DNA of 64,000 nt from an uncultured Chloroflexota bacterium (GCA_964422795.1 CAYRCL010000055.1:71130-135129), one strand, 5' to 3'. Positions 25,715 to 36,099 are shown, counted from the stretch's first letter. Numbers and translations: made by a program. The notes: generated from the sequence alone by a model not told the origin.

Positions 25715-27511
25715 CTAACTCACAGGCTCTGGCTCAGCTGCTCCTGCCTCAATCGCTCGATCGTACTCACGTTGCAACATGCGTTTGTTTACGAAAATTT
25801 CAACGAGGTCCCACGGTAGCGGCTCGTCAGGATCACGTTGGCGGTGAATGTACCAAGCGATATCTAGCCCAGCAGCGGTGATGGCGGTAAACCATTCATT
25901 GGGTTTGAAATGCTCGGTCCATCCGTCGAACCGACATCCACGTTCCCAGGCGATCTTGATTGCTCGTCCGACACGTCGATCACCCAAGGCAAGCAGCGCT
26001 TCAATATGGCTCTCCTCAGGATCGTGCCACATGAGGTGAATGTTCCGGTCACGGGCGATCTTTAAGCAGGCTCGTTGCTTCGTCTGGATGTCGTTTGTGC
26101 TGTCTTGCGGATGCCACTGGAAGGGAGTAAACGGTTTGGGGATGAACGTAGATACGGTGACGTTAACCTTGGCCTTGTTTCCGTGATGATGGCGGCCGAT
26201 CCCCATTACTTGATTTGCGAGGTGAGCGATGGCTTCCGCATCTTCCAGCGTTTCCGTGGGTTGCCCGATCATGAAATACAGTTTGATCGTGCGAAAGCCG
26301 CGACCAAATGCCATATCACACGTCTCCAGCAGGTCCTCGTCAGAAATTTCTTTGTTGATGACTCGTCGCATACGAGGTGTCGCAGCCTCGGGTGCAAAAG
26401 TTAGGCTACCGCCTCGGTTTCCGCCGCGTTGAAGGGCATTCGCAATGTCAACGTTGAATGTTTCCACTCGTGTTGAGGGGATTGAGACACGGACATATTC
26501 TTCGCTCGTGGTGTAGACGTCTTCGATGACACCGTCCAGACCGGCATAGTCCACGGCGTTCAGCGAGAGAAGCGAGACTTCGCTTTGGCCCGTGGATGCC
26601 ATACATGAAGCAACTGTTGTTTCGACCAGATCTTTCCGTCGTTGGCGGACTGGTCGATAAAGATATCCAGCTTGACAGAATCGGCAGGCGCGGGCGCATC
26701 CACGGTCCAGTTCGACGGCAACTCGGTCGTGTACGACACCTATGTTGGGAACTACAGGACGTTTCGGTCCAACGAATGCATTGACATCGACGTACTGTCG
26801 TACGATCCGTTCTGGAAGATGGTCATCAAGCCGTTCATGGCCAAGAAAGGACCCGTTGGAACTGTACTGTGGTTGGTACAGTTCCGGAACGTAGATGCCT
26901 GGGATGTCGCGAGCGCAAGATTTCAGATATTGACGTCGCCAACCAGTCTTGGAACGATCGAATGTGGCGTATAAATCGAGCATACGGACGAGAAGTTCTT
27001 CGCCCTCGCCCATCGCGATGAGGTCAAAGAAGTCGGCCATGGGTTCGGGGTTTGAGACTGCCGAACCCCCACCGAGAACGATTGGATCTTCGTCGATTCG
27101 GTTGTGACTTTCCACCGGGATTCCTGCCAGATCAAGCATTTCAAGAACGTTTGTGTTACCGCTCTCATAGCTCATCGAGAATCCCAACATGTCGAAGTCT
27201 CGTAGTGGTCGTCGGGATTCCCAGCCCCAAAGTGCGACACTCGCTGCGCGCATCTCATCTGCCATGTCTGGCATTGGCGTGAAGCTCCGGTCACACAGAT
27301 GGGGAGTCCCATCATTAACGAGCTCGTACAGTAGGCTCATCGCAAGGTTCGACATGCCAATTTCGTATGCGTCCGGAAAGCACAGCGCGAGGCGTGTTGA
27401 CGATGTCTTCCACGGTTTGTTGCGTGCGTTGTGCTCGCCAGCTAGGTATTGAGCTGGTTTGATGACGCGGTCAAGCAATGGATCGATCTGAACAGTGGAC
27501 GTGGTTAGCAT
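25715..27511 (-). CDS. B12-binding-domain radical SAM protein, TIGR03960-like
   Basis: B12-binding N-domain, CxxxCxxC radical SAM motif (CARACRFCQAG), and a conserved C-terminal extension. Confidence 0.75.
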   Translation of the reverse strand: MLTTSTVQIDPLLDRVIKPAQYLAGEHNARNKPWKTSSTRLALCFPDAYEIGMSNLAMSLLYELVNDGTPHLCDRSFTPMPDMADEMRAASVALWGWESRRPLRDFDMLGFSMSYESGNTNVLEMLDLAGIPVESHNRIDEDPIVLGGGSAVSNPEPMADFFDLIAMGEGEELLVRMLDLYATFDRSKTGWRRQYLKSCARDIPGIYVPELYQPQYSSNGSFLGHERLDDHLPERIVRQYVDVNAFVGPKRPVVPNIGVVHDRVAVELDRGCARACRFCQAGYLYRPVRQRRKDLVETTVASCMASTGQSEVSLLSLNAVDYAGLDGVIEDVYTTSEEYVRVSIPSTRVETFNVDIANALQRGGNRGGSLTFAPEAATPRMRRVINKEISDEDLLETCDMAFGRGFRTIKLYFMIGQPTETLEDAEAIAHLANQVMGIGRHHHGNKAKVNVTVSTFIPKPFTPFQWHPQDSTNDIQTKQRACLKIARDRNIHLMWHDPEESHIEALLALGDRRVGRAIKIAWERGCRFDGWTEHFKPNEWFTAITAAGLDIAWYIHRQRDPDEPLPWDLVEIFVNKRMLQREYDRAIEAGAAEPEPVS

Positions 27512-27626
27512 GCGAACAGCAGATGATTTGGCAGCGAACGTTTCAAACCTACCGAAGGCAGCCGTTACTCACAACTGATCGTTTCTGTTGGTGCCAGATT
27601 GTAGGATTACGAACGACCCATTCGAG

Positions 27627-28901
27627 GTGATTGTGTCTGACATCGTCCTCCGCGCTGCAACTGTGATTGATGGTACCGGTGCTGACCCGCTGCATGAGGC
27701 AGAAATCGTTGTTCGAGACGGGAAGATTGCCCGCGTGGGAGCACGTGATTCCAACGTAGGAGATGTCCCAACAATCGACTACGGCGAGGCGACGATCATG
27801 CCTGGCTTAATTGACTGTCACTGTCATCTTCAATTTGGCGCCTATCCCGATCACGACACCACACGTGAGATCCACAGTGCTGCATCGAATGAAGATCGTG
27901 TTCTTACGGCTGTCGCTAATGCGCAGAAGGCCCTCTCGACCGGCGTGACAACGCTCAGGGATACGGGTGGATTCCGGACGCTGAACATGATTGTGCGTGA
28001 CGCTGCGCGAGCCAGGCGTTTCGTTGCACCGCGTCTGCTTGTATGCGGAGCGCCGATTACGACTACGGGTGGTCACTTGAACTGGTGTGGACTCCGAGCT
28101 GATTCTGAAGATGAGGTGATTCACGCGGTTCGTGCGATGGTTGAGGCCGGTGCTGATTTCATCAAGGTTATGGCTACGGGCGGGATGATGACGCCGGGTT
28201 CTCAGGCCGGTCGTGCTCAATACGATCTCAAGACATTGACAGCACTTGTTTCTGATGCCCATCGGCTTGACCGGCATGTCGCGGCACATGTGCTCGGAGC
28301 GGATGGTTGCTGCAATGCGATCGACGCTGGTGTCGATACGTTGGAGCATTGCAGTTGGCTCACTCCAAGCGGTGTGCGTGGTGAGTCAAGCATGGATCTG
28401 AATGCGGTGGATCGGATTAATCCAGCGCATCAGTCGGTTCACATGACGTTGGCCGCAATGAACCGTATTCCCTTCCGGGGTGTGAAGGATCTAAGTGAGC
28501 TTCAAGACGATGATAGGGCGCTGATTCGGAGCGTCGGAGAAAACTTTCGCCAGATGCGTGAGCGTGGTGTTCCACACGTGGTTTCGAGCGATGCTGGTGT
28601 GATCAATACACCGTTTGACGAATTTCCGTTGTCGGTGATTAGTGCGGTCGTCGCGTTGGACACAACACCGGTCGATGCGATTCAGCTCGTTACGGGTGCT
28701 GCGGCGAAGGCTATTGGATTACCCAATGTTACGGGTGCACTGATCCCGGGCCTGGAAGCTGATGTTTTAGTGGTCCGGGGCAATGCTGCGGAGAACATCT
28801 GTTGTATTACCCGAACAGAGGCGGTCTACATCAGTGGGCATGAAGTGGCTCGTGACCGGAGGATCACAAGCGAGGTGCGTGGAATGCACCCTGGTTCGTA
28901 G
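27627..28901 (+). CDS. Amidohydrolase-family metal-dependent hydrolase
   Basis: MPGLIDCHCHL metal-binding HxH motif and amidohydrolase TIM-barrel pattern. GTG start. Confidence 0.75.
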   Translation: MIVSDIVLRAATVIDGTGADPLHEAEIVVRDGKIARVGARDSNVGDVPTIDYGEATIMPGLIDCHCHLQFGAYPDHDTTREIHSAASNEDRVLTAVANAQKALSTGVTTLRDTGGFRTLNMIVRDAARARRFVAPRLLVCGAPITTTGGHLNWCGLRADSEDEVIHAVRAMVEAGADFIKVMATGGMMTPGSQAGRAQYDLKTLTALVSDAHRLDRHVAAHVLGADGCCNAIDAGVDTLEHCSWLTPSGVRGESSMDLNAVDRINPAHQSVHMTLAAMNRIPFRGVKDLSELQDDDRALIRSVGENFRQMRERGVPHVVSSDAGVINTPFDEFPLSVISAVVALDTTPVDAIQLVTGAAAKAIGLPNVTGALIPGLEADVLVVRGNAAENICCITRTEAVYISGHEVARDRRITSEVRGMHPGS

Positions 28902-28999
28902 CTTGCAAACGGTAGAGGTGAGGTTGGCGATTGATGAGTTTCCGTCGCGGTCTACAAATTTTGCCCTCGTGATCTCTTGACCCGCTGATGAGCTGGGGT

Positions 29000-29295
29000 G
29001 AAACTCGAATCTGAAAATTGATGCTGTGATGGAAATATGTCCTGTGGTTGGTCAGCCATAGCGAGTCCGGGACGGTGTAAGCCGGATGGTCATGACCCCG
29101 TGTGGATATCCTTCCTGAGCTGCCGGTCGAAGGCCCATTTGGGTTGGTAGATCTGGCCGTAATACTGCTCCGTTATCGGTGCGGCAGCGGTGCTGTGTAG
29201 GCATACGTTGATTGAGTGGTGCGGCTGTGAGCTGCGCAATGCGGGTGGTACCGCGGGTCATCGAACCCGTCCCGTGCAAGGGGACGGGTTATTCC
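29000..29295 (+). promoter_or_regulatory. T-box riboswitch leader (tRNA-sensing transcription attenuator)
   Basis: Canonical T-box sequence GGGTGGTACCGCGG at 29241-29254. An intrinsic-terminator-like hairpin and U-rich tract follow immediately, then SD GGAGG and the ATG at 29309. The 5' boundary is approximate. Confidence 0.75.
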
Positions 29296-29298
29296 ATT
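29264..29298 (+). terminator. T-box attenuator terminator hairpin (aacccgtcccgtgcaaggggacgggtt) followed by a T-rich tract
   Basis: Perfect 9-bp stem cccgtcccc/ggggacggg seen in sequence, overlapping the 3' side of the antiterminator. Confidence 0.6.
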
Positions 29299-29308
29299 CT
29301 GGAGGCTT

Positions 29309-30046
29309 ATGGTGACCGAGCAGCTCTACTACGCGGATAGCTATCTACAGAAGTTCGAAGCGACTGTGGCCGATGTTCGGCCTGACGGAGTGATCTTGGA
29401 CCGATCCGCGTTCTATCCGCTCGGTGGTGGTCAGCCGTGCGACACAGGTGAATTGCGGGCCAATGGTCAAGTTTGGCCTGTCGTGGCGGTGAAGAGGCAA
29501 GGAGCATTTATTGTTCACCGTCTCGATGGTGTTGCGCCGTCACCGGGCACGTCAGTACGAGGGGTCCTGGATTGGGATCTACGGTACCGATACATGCGGT
29601 TGCACACAGCTTTGCATGCGCTTTCTGGTGTGGTCTGGATAGGTTGGAAGGCCGATGTGACGGGAAGCCATATTTACGATGACGGATTAAGGGCGCGGAT
29701 GGATTTTTCGCTCGAGGCGGTCCGAATTAACGAGCTTCGTGACGAGATCGAGAGACGCCTGAACGATGAATTGGAGGCCGCACGTGAAATCCGGGCGTAC
29801 GAGCTTCCGCGTGCTGAAGCGTTGACGCTCCCTGATTTAATTCGTACCCATGTGAATCTTGTTCCGGAACACATTGCCCGGATCCGTATCGTGGAAATTC
29901 AGGGTCTTGATCGTCAGGCGGATGGAGGGACCCATGTCGCGAATACTCGTGAGGTGGGCCGAGTCATGGTCACGAATGCGGTCAACAAAGGTCGTATTAA
30001 TCGCCGTCTTGAAATCGCTTTGGTGGAGCGAACCGATGACGTCTAA
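29309..30046 (+). CDS. alaX: AlaX-like tRNA editing protein (AlaRS/ThrRS second additional domain; misacylated tRNA(Ala) deacylase-like)
   Basis: HTALHAL (HxxxH zinc motif) and GGTHV motif; ~245 aa. The stop overlaps the ileS start by 11 nt. Confidence 0.7.
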   Translation: MVTEQLYYADSYLQKFEATVADVRPDGVILDRSAFYPLGGGQPCDTGELRANGQVWPVVAVKRQGAFIVHRLDGVAPSPGTSVRGVLDWDLRYRYMRLHTALHALSGVVWIGWKADVTGSHIYDDGLRARMDFSLEAVRINELRDEIERRLNDELEAAREIRAYELPRAEALTLPDLIRTHVNLVPEHIARIRIVEIQGLDRQADGGTHVANTREVGRVMVTNAVNKGRINRRLEIALVERTDDV

Positions 30047-33000
30047 TTCGTTATCTAACGGCCAATCGAAATCATTTTTCGAGGCCCTTCCGGAGGAACT
30101 TGATTTCCCGGTTATGGAACGTCGGATTTTGCAGATGTGGACGGCGGAGCGCACGTTCGATCAGCTTCGGTTGAAGAATACGGGTGGTCCACGCTGGTCG
30201 TTTATTGATGGTCCGATTACCGCGAATAATCCTATGGGTGTGCACCATGCCTGGGGTCGGACCTACAAGGACGTGTTCCAGCGTTATCGCGCGATGAAAG
30301 GCTTCGATCAACGATTTCAAAATGGATTTGACTGTCAGGGGCTGTGGCTCGAGGTTGAGGTCGAGAAGGAACTGGGCTTCAAATCAAAGCGGGATATTGA
30401 GGCATACGGGCTCGCGGCGTTCGCTGAAGCCTGCCGAGCACGGGTAGATACCTATGCCGACGTGCAAACGAAGCAGTCGATCCGGCTTGGACAGTGGATG
30501 GATTGGGGAAACTCGTACTACACCCACTCTGACGCAAATATCGAGCACATCTGGTATTTCTTGCGTCGCTGTCATGAGCGTGGATGGATCATGACGGCTC
30601 AACGTGCCATGCCGTGGTGTGCCCGATGTGGTACTGCCCTGTCACAGCATGAATTGATCGATACGTACGAAGCAGTAGTTCACGATGCGGTGTACGTTCG
30701 GCTTCCACTTCAGGGTCGGGACAACACCTCACTGCTCGTGTGGACGACGACACCATGGACGCTAGCGGCAAACGTAGCGGCGGCCGTGCATCCGGATCTC
30801 GCGTATGTAGAAGTGGATGTGCAAGGCGAGCGGTATGTATTGGCCGAGGCTAGTGTTGCCGAGGCTATCGGTCCGGATCCTGTAGTCATTCGTCGGATGG
30901 TGGGGTCCGAGATGATTGGGTGGACTTATGAAGGTCCATATGACGAGTTGCCAGCTGCGGCTGGAGTGGTGCACAGGGTGATTCCATGGACGGATGTCGG
31001 TGCTGAAGAAGGTACAGGTGTTGTTCATATTGCGCCGGGAGCAGGTGAGGATGATTTCCGTCTTGGCCAGGAGCTCGATCTTGCTCTAATCGTTCCGATC
31101 GACGAGAACGGCGATTACGTTGATGGATTTGGATGGCTCACGGGACGAGATGCTAGGCAGGTCGCGACGGACGTGATTACCGATCTCAAGAAGCGGGGTT
31201 TGCTGCACCGCGCGCACGCGTACGAGCATCGCTACCCCCATTGCTGGCGTTGTCAGGAAGAGCTTGTTTTTCGAGTAGATGACGAATGGTTTATTCGGGC
31301 TGACGAAGTCCGAGAGCCGATGTTGAATGCGGCTGCAAGCGTTCAGTGGGTTCCAGAGTATGCCGGTGCTCGCATGGCTGACTGGCTACGCCATATGGGC
31401 GATTGGAATATCTCGCGGCGCCGATTTTGGGGTCTTCCTCTACCGTTTTATCCGTGCGGTGATTGTGGTCATCTAACCGTGATTGGATCGCATGCCGAGC
31501 TTGCGGAGCGAGCTGTCTATGGGATGGATCAGCTGCGAGAGTTGCACCGACCCTGGATCGATGACGTTGTAATTCGATGCGAGTCATGTGATGCGGATGT
31601 CCGTCGAGTTACGGCGGTCGGTGATGCTTGGCTCGATGCTGGAATTGTTCCGTTCTCGACGCTCGGCTATATGGAGAACCGTGAAGCGTTTGAGGCTTGG
31701 TATCCGGCTGACTTTGTCACTGAAATGCGTGAGCAGATCCGGCTTTGGTTTTACTCCATGCTCTTCATGAGTGTCACGCTCGAAGGTCGGTCTCCATATC
31801 AAGCGGTGTTTGTGTACGAGAAGCTCAACGATGAAACGGGTCGACCCATGCATAAGAGTTGGGGCAACTCGATTGATTTTGGGGAAGCAGCTGATCGTAT
31901 GGGGGCAGACGTCATGCGATGGATGTATGCGGGACAGAATCCTGTGTACAACATCAACTTTGGCTACGGGCCGGCGACCGAAATAAAACGACGAATGCTT
32001 ACGCTCTGGAACGTATATGCGTTCTTCGTTACATATGCACGGCTCGACGGGTTTGATCCGACTGGTCCTGTCATTCCGGTTGATCAGAGACCGGATCTTG
32101 ACCGATGGGCCCTCTCCCGACTGCAGGGAGTTGTTGAAACATTTACGGAGGCTCTTGACACCTATCTTGTCTATCGGGGTGTACAAGCGGCTCAGGCGTT
32201 CATTGAAGATTTGTCAAATTGGTATGTGAGACGAGGACGACGTCGGTATTGGAAGTCGAGCGCTGACGCGGATAAACAGGCTGCGTACCAAACGCTGTAT
32301 GAATTGCTGACGACCCTCATACGATTGTTGGCTCCAGTAATGCCATTTTGGACTGAAGACATGTACCAGAATTTGGTTCGGCGAGCTGACCCACAGTCTG
32401 TACCGAGTGTGCATCTTTCAGATTGGCCGGTCCCAGATCTCCAGAAACGAGATTCTGAGCTTGAACGTTCGATGGGTGTAGTCCAGAGGGTGGTTCGAGT
32501 TGGTAGGGCGGCACGTAACGGAGCAGATGTAAAGTTACGGCAACCTCTCCGCTCAGCCTTGATCCGGGTTGATGGCGATCGTGAGTGGGAGGCTGTTACG
32601 TCACTGGATCAGCATATTCGGGACGAGCTGAATGTGAAGGTGATTGAACGGATGGTTTCTGATCATGACATGGTTGATTTTGATATTCGTCCGAATTATC
32701 GAGTGCTTGGTCCCAGATTTGGTCCTCGTATGAAAAGCCTAGCCGCAGCGATCGCGGGTCTCGATCCAGCAGCGGTTGTTCGCCAATTGGAAGCGGATGG
32801 ACAACTGGAGGTAAGGCTTGATAACGATGTGGAGATTCTGAGTGCTGATGATGTGTTGGTCCAACGCACTCCTCGTGAGGGCTTTGGAGTGTCTGAGCAA
32901 GATGGTGTGATTGTGGCGGTTGCAACCGAGGTTGATGATCTCTTGCGACGGGAAGGATTAGCCCGTGAAATAGTTCATGCCACGCAAGGTCTCCGACGTG

Positions 33001-33212
33001 AAGTGGGTCTCGAGGTCTCCGACAGGATTCTGCTCTGGATTGATGGCAGTGATGAAGTCAAAACGACAATCTCTGAGCACCGTGACCGTATTACTGAGGA
33101 GGTTCTTGCGATCTCACTAAACGAGGGCCGGGTTACCGATGATGTGGTGATGCGCGACCTCGTTCTTGATGGAGAAGCGGTTCAGCTTGGGTTGGCATCT
33201 GTAACCAACTGA
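30036..33212 (+). CDS. ileS: Isoleucine--tRNA ligase (Thermus/eukaryote-like type 2)
   Basis: N-terminus aligns closely with Thermus-type IleRS: GLWLEVEVEKELGFKSKRDIEAYG matches [24 protein letters not shown]. KMSKS-like MHKSWGN. 1058 aa. Confidence 0.9.
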   Translation: MTSNSLSNGQSKSFFEALPEELDFPVMERRILQMWTAERTFDQLRLKNTGGPRWSFIDGPITANNPMGVHHAWGRTYKDVFQRYRAMKGFDQRFQNGFDCQGLWLEVEVEKELGFKSKRDIEAYGLAAFAEACRARVDTYADVQTKQSIRLGQWMDWGNSYYTHSDANIEHIWYFLRRCHERGWIMTAQRAMPWCARCGTALSQHELIDTYEAVVHDAVYVRLPLQGRDNTSLLVWTTTPWTLAANVAAAVHPDLAYVEVDVQGERYVLAEASVAEAIGPDPVVIRRMVGSEMIGWTYEGPYDELPAAAGVVHRVIPWTDVGAEEGTGVVHIAPGAGEDDFRLGQELDLALIVPIDENGDYVDGFGWLTGRDARQVATDVITDLKKRGLLHRAHAYEHRYPHCWRCQEELVFRVDDEWFIRADEVREPMLNAAASVQWVPEYAGARMADWLRHMGDWNISRRRFWGLPLPFYPCGDCGHLTVIGSHAELAERAVYGMDQLRELHRPWIDDVVIRCESCDADVRRVTAVGDAWLDAGIVPFSTLGYMENREAFEAWYPADFVTEMREQIRLWFYSMLFMSVTLEGRSPYQAVFVYEKLNDETGRPMHKSWGNSIDFGEAADRMGADVMRWMYAGQNPVYNINFGYGPATEIKRRMLTLWNVYAFFVTYARLDGFDPTGPVIPVDQRPDLDRWALSRLQGVVETFTEALDTYLVYRGVQAAQAFIEDLSNWYVRRGRRRYWKSSADADKQAAYQTLYELLTTLIRLLAPVMPFWTEDMYQNLVRRADPQSVPSVHLSDWPVPDLQKRDSELERSMGVVQRVVRVGRAARNGADVKLRQPLRSALIRVDGDREWEAVTSLDQHIRDELNVKVIERMVSDHDMVDFDIRPNYRVLGPRFGPRMKSLAAAIAGLDPAAVVRQLEADGQLEVRLDNDVEILSADDVLVQRTPREGFGVSEQDGVIVAVATEVDDLLRREGLAREIVHATQGLRREVGLEVSDRILLWIDGSDEVKTTISEHRDRITEEVLAISLNEGRVTDDVVMRDLVLDGEAVQLGLASVTN

Positions 33213-33219
33213 GGCGATC

Positions 33220-33543
33220 TTAGGTTTTCAATGCCACTTCAACGACGTCGCCGATTATGCGAACGTGGTAACTCTTAGTTCGTTGTCCGAGCGAAGGGCT
33301 CACGAGCCATCCATCCGTTACGTCGTACGTCCAAGCGTGCAGGGGGCATGTGAGGTGGCAGCCGACGAGCGTGCCAGCACCGAGCGGACCGCCTGCGTGT
33401 TCGCACAAACCATCAAGAGCGTGATAGTGGCCTTCGACGTTCGCGATTACTATTTCAGTGCCGTCAAGGATGGCTGTGGTGATCCGACCCGTGGATGGTA
33501 GAAGTGACACGGGACCGACTGGTTTGAATTCAGGTGAGGTCAC
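33220..33543 (-). CDS. Rieske [2Fe-2S] domain protein
   Basis: CEH...CHLTCPLH Rieske ligand boxes; 107 aa. Confidence 0.75.
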   Translation of the reverse strand: MTSPEFKPVGPVSLLPSTGRITTAILDGTEIVIANVEGHYHALDGLCEHAGGPLGAGTLVGCHLTCPLHAWTYDVTDGWLVSPSLGQRTKSYHVRIIGDVVEVALKT

Positions 33544-34640
33544 GACGCATGACCGTAAGGTCGGCCAGGTGGTCGCCGAGGTCGAGTTCCGCTATTCGTA
33601 CGGTTTCGGGCACAAAGCCACTCGCACTCAAGACGTCTTGGCGATCGGTCGTGATGGCATACGCTCTGACCGTACTGATATTGTGCGTTGCCGCGTCATC
33701 TAGTACCGCATCAATTACGGCAGTGGTGCGATCGAAATATGCGGGTGTTGTTTGGAATTCAAGTGTGGCACTTGCGTTCAGCGGAATGCTCGTTGGCACA
33801 AAGAGATTGGCCGAACAGACTAATCGGCTGCGGGCGTTGACGAGGACTTTCCAGACGTTTGATGAGTTGGCTTCCTTGTGCTCAAACGCGTTGTAGAACG
33901 GGCGAAGACACATTGCGGACTCAATGGCGGGTGGTGCGTAAAAGATGGCCTCACTGAAGTCTCGAACGATCCAGCCCCGAGCCTTTGGCGTCATTAAGAG
34001 CCCGGTGTAGGCCCCGATGTCGCCGAGTTCGATATCCCGGATTTCTCCGTCACCATGGCGAGCGAAGAACTGGTCGTCGAAACTATCCGGATCAGTCCCG
34101 GGCCGGACCGCGCGCATCGTCATTCCATTGAATGGGGCATAGCCCGATTTCTTATAGATGTGCTCGGCAACGGGGTTTGCTGTACCCAGATAGCTGGCTT
34201 GCCCCCCGGAATCCCAGAACCGTTGAATAGACAGCTCGGTGAGTCGTTGCGCGATGCCTTTGCCACGGTGTTGGGGATGCGTTAATACGAATCCGTAGCC
34301 GCCCAATTCACCCGATTCACGATGAGTTGCGTGCCAGACAGTGCCGACGACCGCGTCATCGATTCGTCCGATGATGAGCGTGTCGGCCAGCGACGCGTCA
34401 GCGGTTCCGGACAGAAAGCGCTCAAGGAAGCTAACTTCGGTGTCGACCAGCCATGGATCGAATGGTCGAGTCAGAAATTGATGAATTTCGAGATGGTGTG
34501 CGGTCGTCCCTCGGCCCTCACCGGGCTCCAGCACGCTGGCAACCAGAACGTCTCCGTTCGTGAGCTGGTACTCATGTTGCATCGGGCATGACCTCATCGT
34601 ATTGGGGTAGGCAACGTGTCTGTGATGTCACGATAACTGG
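33500..34640. repeat. Segmental duplication, copy A (~1.1 kb, ~90% identity to 36100-37235)
   Basis: Aligned by eye at both ends. The tcacgacgcatgaccgtaaggtcggccagg... end matches ...tcacggctcatgatcgtgaggttggccagg. The far ends share ...gtgtctgtgatg(t/c)cac... Confidence 0.8.
33530..34597 (-). CDS. GNAT-family N-acyltransferase, two-domain, copy 1
   Basis: Motif A HPQHRGKGIAQRL. About 90% identical to the paralogue at 36130-37197. Confidence 0.7.
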   Translation of the reverse strand: MRSCPMQHEYQLTNGDVLVASVLEPGEGRGTTAHHLEIHQFLTRPFDPWLVDTEVSFLERFLSGTADASLADTLIIGRIDDAVVGTVWHATHRESGELGGYGFVLTHPQHRGKGIAQRLTELSIQRFWDSGGQASYLGTANPVAEHIYKKSGYAPFNGMTMRAVRPGTDPDSFDDQFFARHGDGEIRDIELGDIGAYTGLLMTPKARGWIVRDFSEAIFYAPPAIESAMCLRPFYNAFEHKEANSSNVWKVLVNARSRLVCSANLFVPTSIPLNASATLEFQTTPAYFDRTTAVIDAVLDDAATHNISTVRAYAITTDRQDVLSASGFVPETVRIAELDLGDHLADLTVMRRDLT

Positions 34641-34767
34641 TTGGGCAACGATTGTAGGAGTGATTGTAGTGTCGTGTTCTGGTGTCCTGCTGTTAGGAGC
34701 GCAGTCAGGCGAAACGGTCCAATTCGCACGGCTGGTCTGGTTCACTGTTGCGTGTGATGGTTCTGGC

Positions 34768-35889
34768 TTAGTGATATAAGTCACGTCCCGGCAGCACGAC
34801 GCTCTGTTGGACGGTCTGCTCGGCTAGAAGTTCTGGGTCCGGTCCGGGCAGCTTTCCTGTGAATGGTTCTAAGGTGAAGCGTGGCGTCAGCGTGTTTTCA
34901 GGCTGACACAGATCGGGCCCGTAGAAGCGCGACGAGGGGAAGATGTCGCCCGGGTAGGTGAAGTTCTCCAACGTAGCGAGTTCGACGCAGATGGCTTCGC
35001 CTAGCGCACTTTCCAGCATGCCGCCGACCCACGTGGTGATGCCTGCGTCCCGGCACATGTCGTGGATTTTTATCGCGTTCGTTAGGCCTCCGACGCGTCC
35101 CGGCTTTACGTTGACGTACTGGCATGCGTCCAATCGGATAGCCTGCTCCATCAAGAGCGGGCTGAGAATTGATTCATCCAGGCAGATCGGGGTTTCGACT
35201 TGCCGGCGCAGGTCGGCTAGGCCCATCAAATTTTCGATACTCAGGGGCTGTTCGAAGAAGGCCAGCTCCAGCTTGTCCAACGCCTGGAACAGTGACAGGT
35301 CATCAATGGTGTAGCGGGAGTTAAAGTCCATGTGGAACGTGGTGTCTGGGAAGTGATTCCGGACCGTGGTCATCATTTCAAGGTCCCAGCCCCGACGGGA
35401 CTTGAGCTTGACACGCGGAAAGCCTTCATCCACGGCTTCTTGGACCTTCTGCAGCAACATATCCATGGTGTCCTGAACCTGGATGTCGGCGCCGGCTGCG
35501 ACCTCTCGGGTTTGTCCTCCGAGAAGGCGATGCAGAGGTGTCTCGGTGATCTCGCGTTGGAGCGTCCACCAACACATCTCAAGGCCTGCCTTAGCAAACG
35601 GGTTCCCGACGAAACGGGCTAGCCGATCGTTCAACTCGTCTGCCGTGTTGTATTCCCGTCCGACCACCCAGGGTCCCATGTATTCAGTGAGGACGTAGAA
35701 GATGCCGCCGGCGCATTCGGGGGAATATTCAGGCATTTGCAGCGGCGTGGTCTCGGCCCACGCCTCGTAGCTTCCGCTGGTGGCTTTGACCAACACGGAG
35801 TGGACGGCGGGGTCTTCGCCGTGACCGGTTCGCCAAGGGTAGGTCAGGGGCATGCTGACGTGATGAATGTCGAAACGGTCGATTTGCAC
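34768..35889 (-). CDS. Enolase-superfamily enzyme (mandelate racemase/muconate lactonizing enzyme family; NSAR/OSBS/dipeptide-epimerase-like)
   Basis: KxK motif (VKLKS), metal ligands in DFN/E/D positions, N-terminal capping domain. Confidence 0.75.
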   Translation of the reverse strand: MQIDRFDIHHVSMPLTYPWRTGHGEDPAVHSVLVKATSGSYEAWAETTPLQMPEYSPECAGGIFYVLTEYMGPWVVGREYNTADELNDRLARFVGNPFAKAGLEMCWWTLQREITETPLHRLLGGQTREVAAGADIQVQDTMDMLLQKVQEAVDEGFPRVKLKSRRGWDLEMMTTVRNHFPDTTFHMDFNSRYTIDDLSLFQALDKLELAFFEQPLSIENLMGLADLRRQVETPICLDESILSPLLMEQAIRLDACQYVNVKPGRVGGLTNAIKIHDMCRDAGITTWVGGMLESALGEAICVELATLENFTYPGDIFPSSRFYGPDLCQPENTLTPRFTLEPFTGKLPGPDPELLAEQTVQQSVVLPGRDLYH

Positions 35890-36099
35890 TAGGGGCTCCT
35901 CAAGACAACAGGTGCAATCCTGCGCTCACACTAGCCGTGTCTTTTCTTATGTGCAACCGGCGTGTTTCGTATGGAACCGGACATGTTGAGTACGGAAATG
36001 TTCCGGTTTGGACACGTTGTCATCATGGTTCTTGTAATCGGCAGTTATCTTTTCGAGGTCTAGAGGTTGTGGTCTAAGGGTGACCTAACCCGTGGACGG

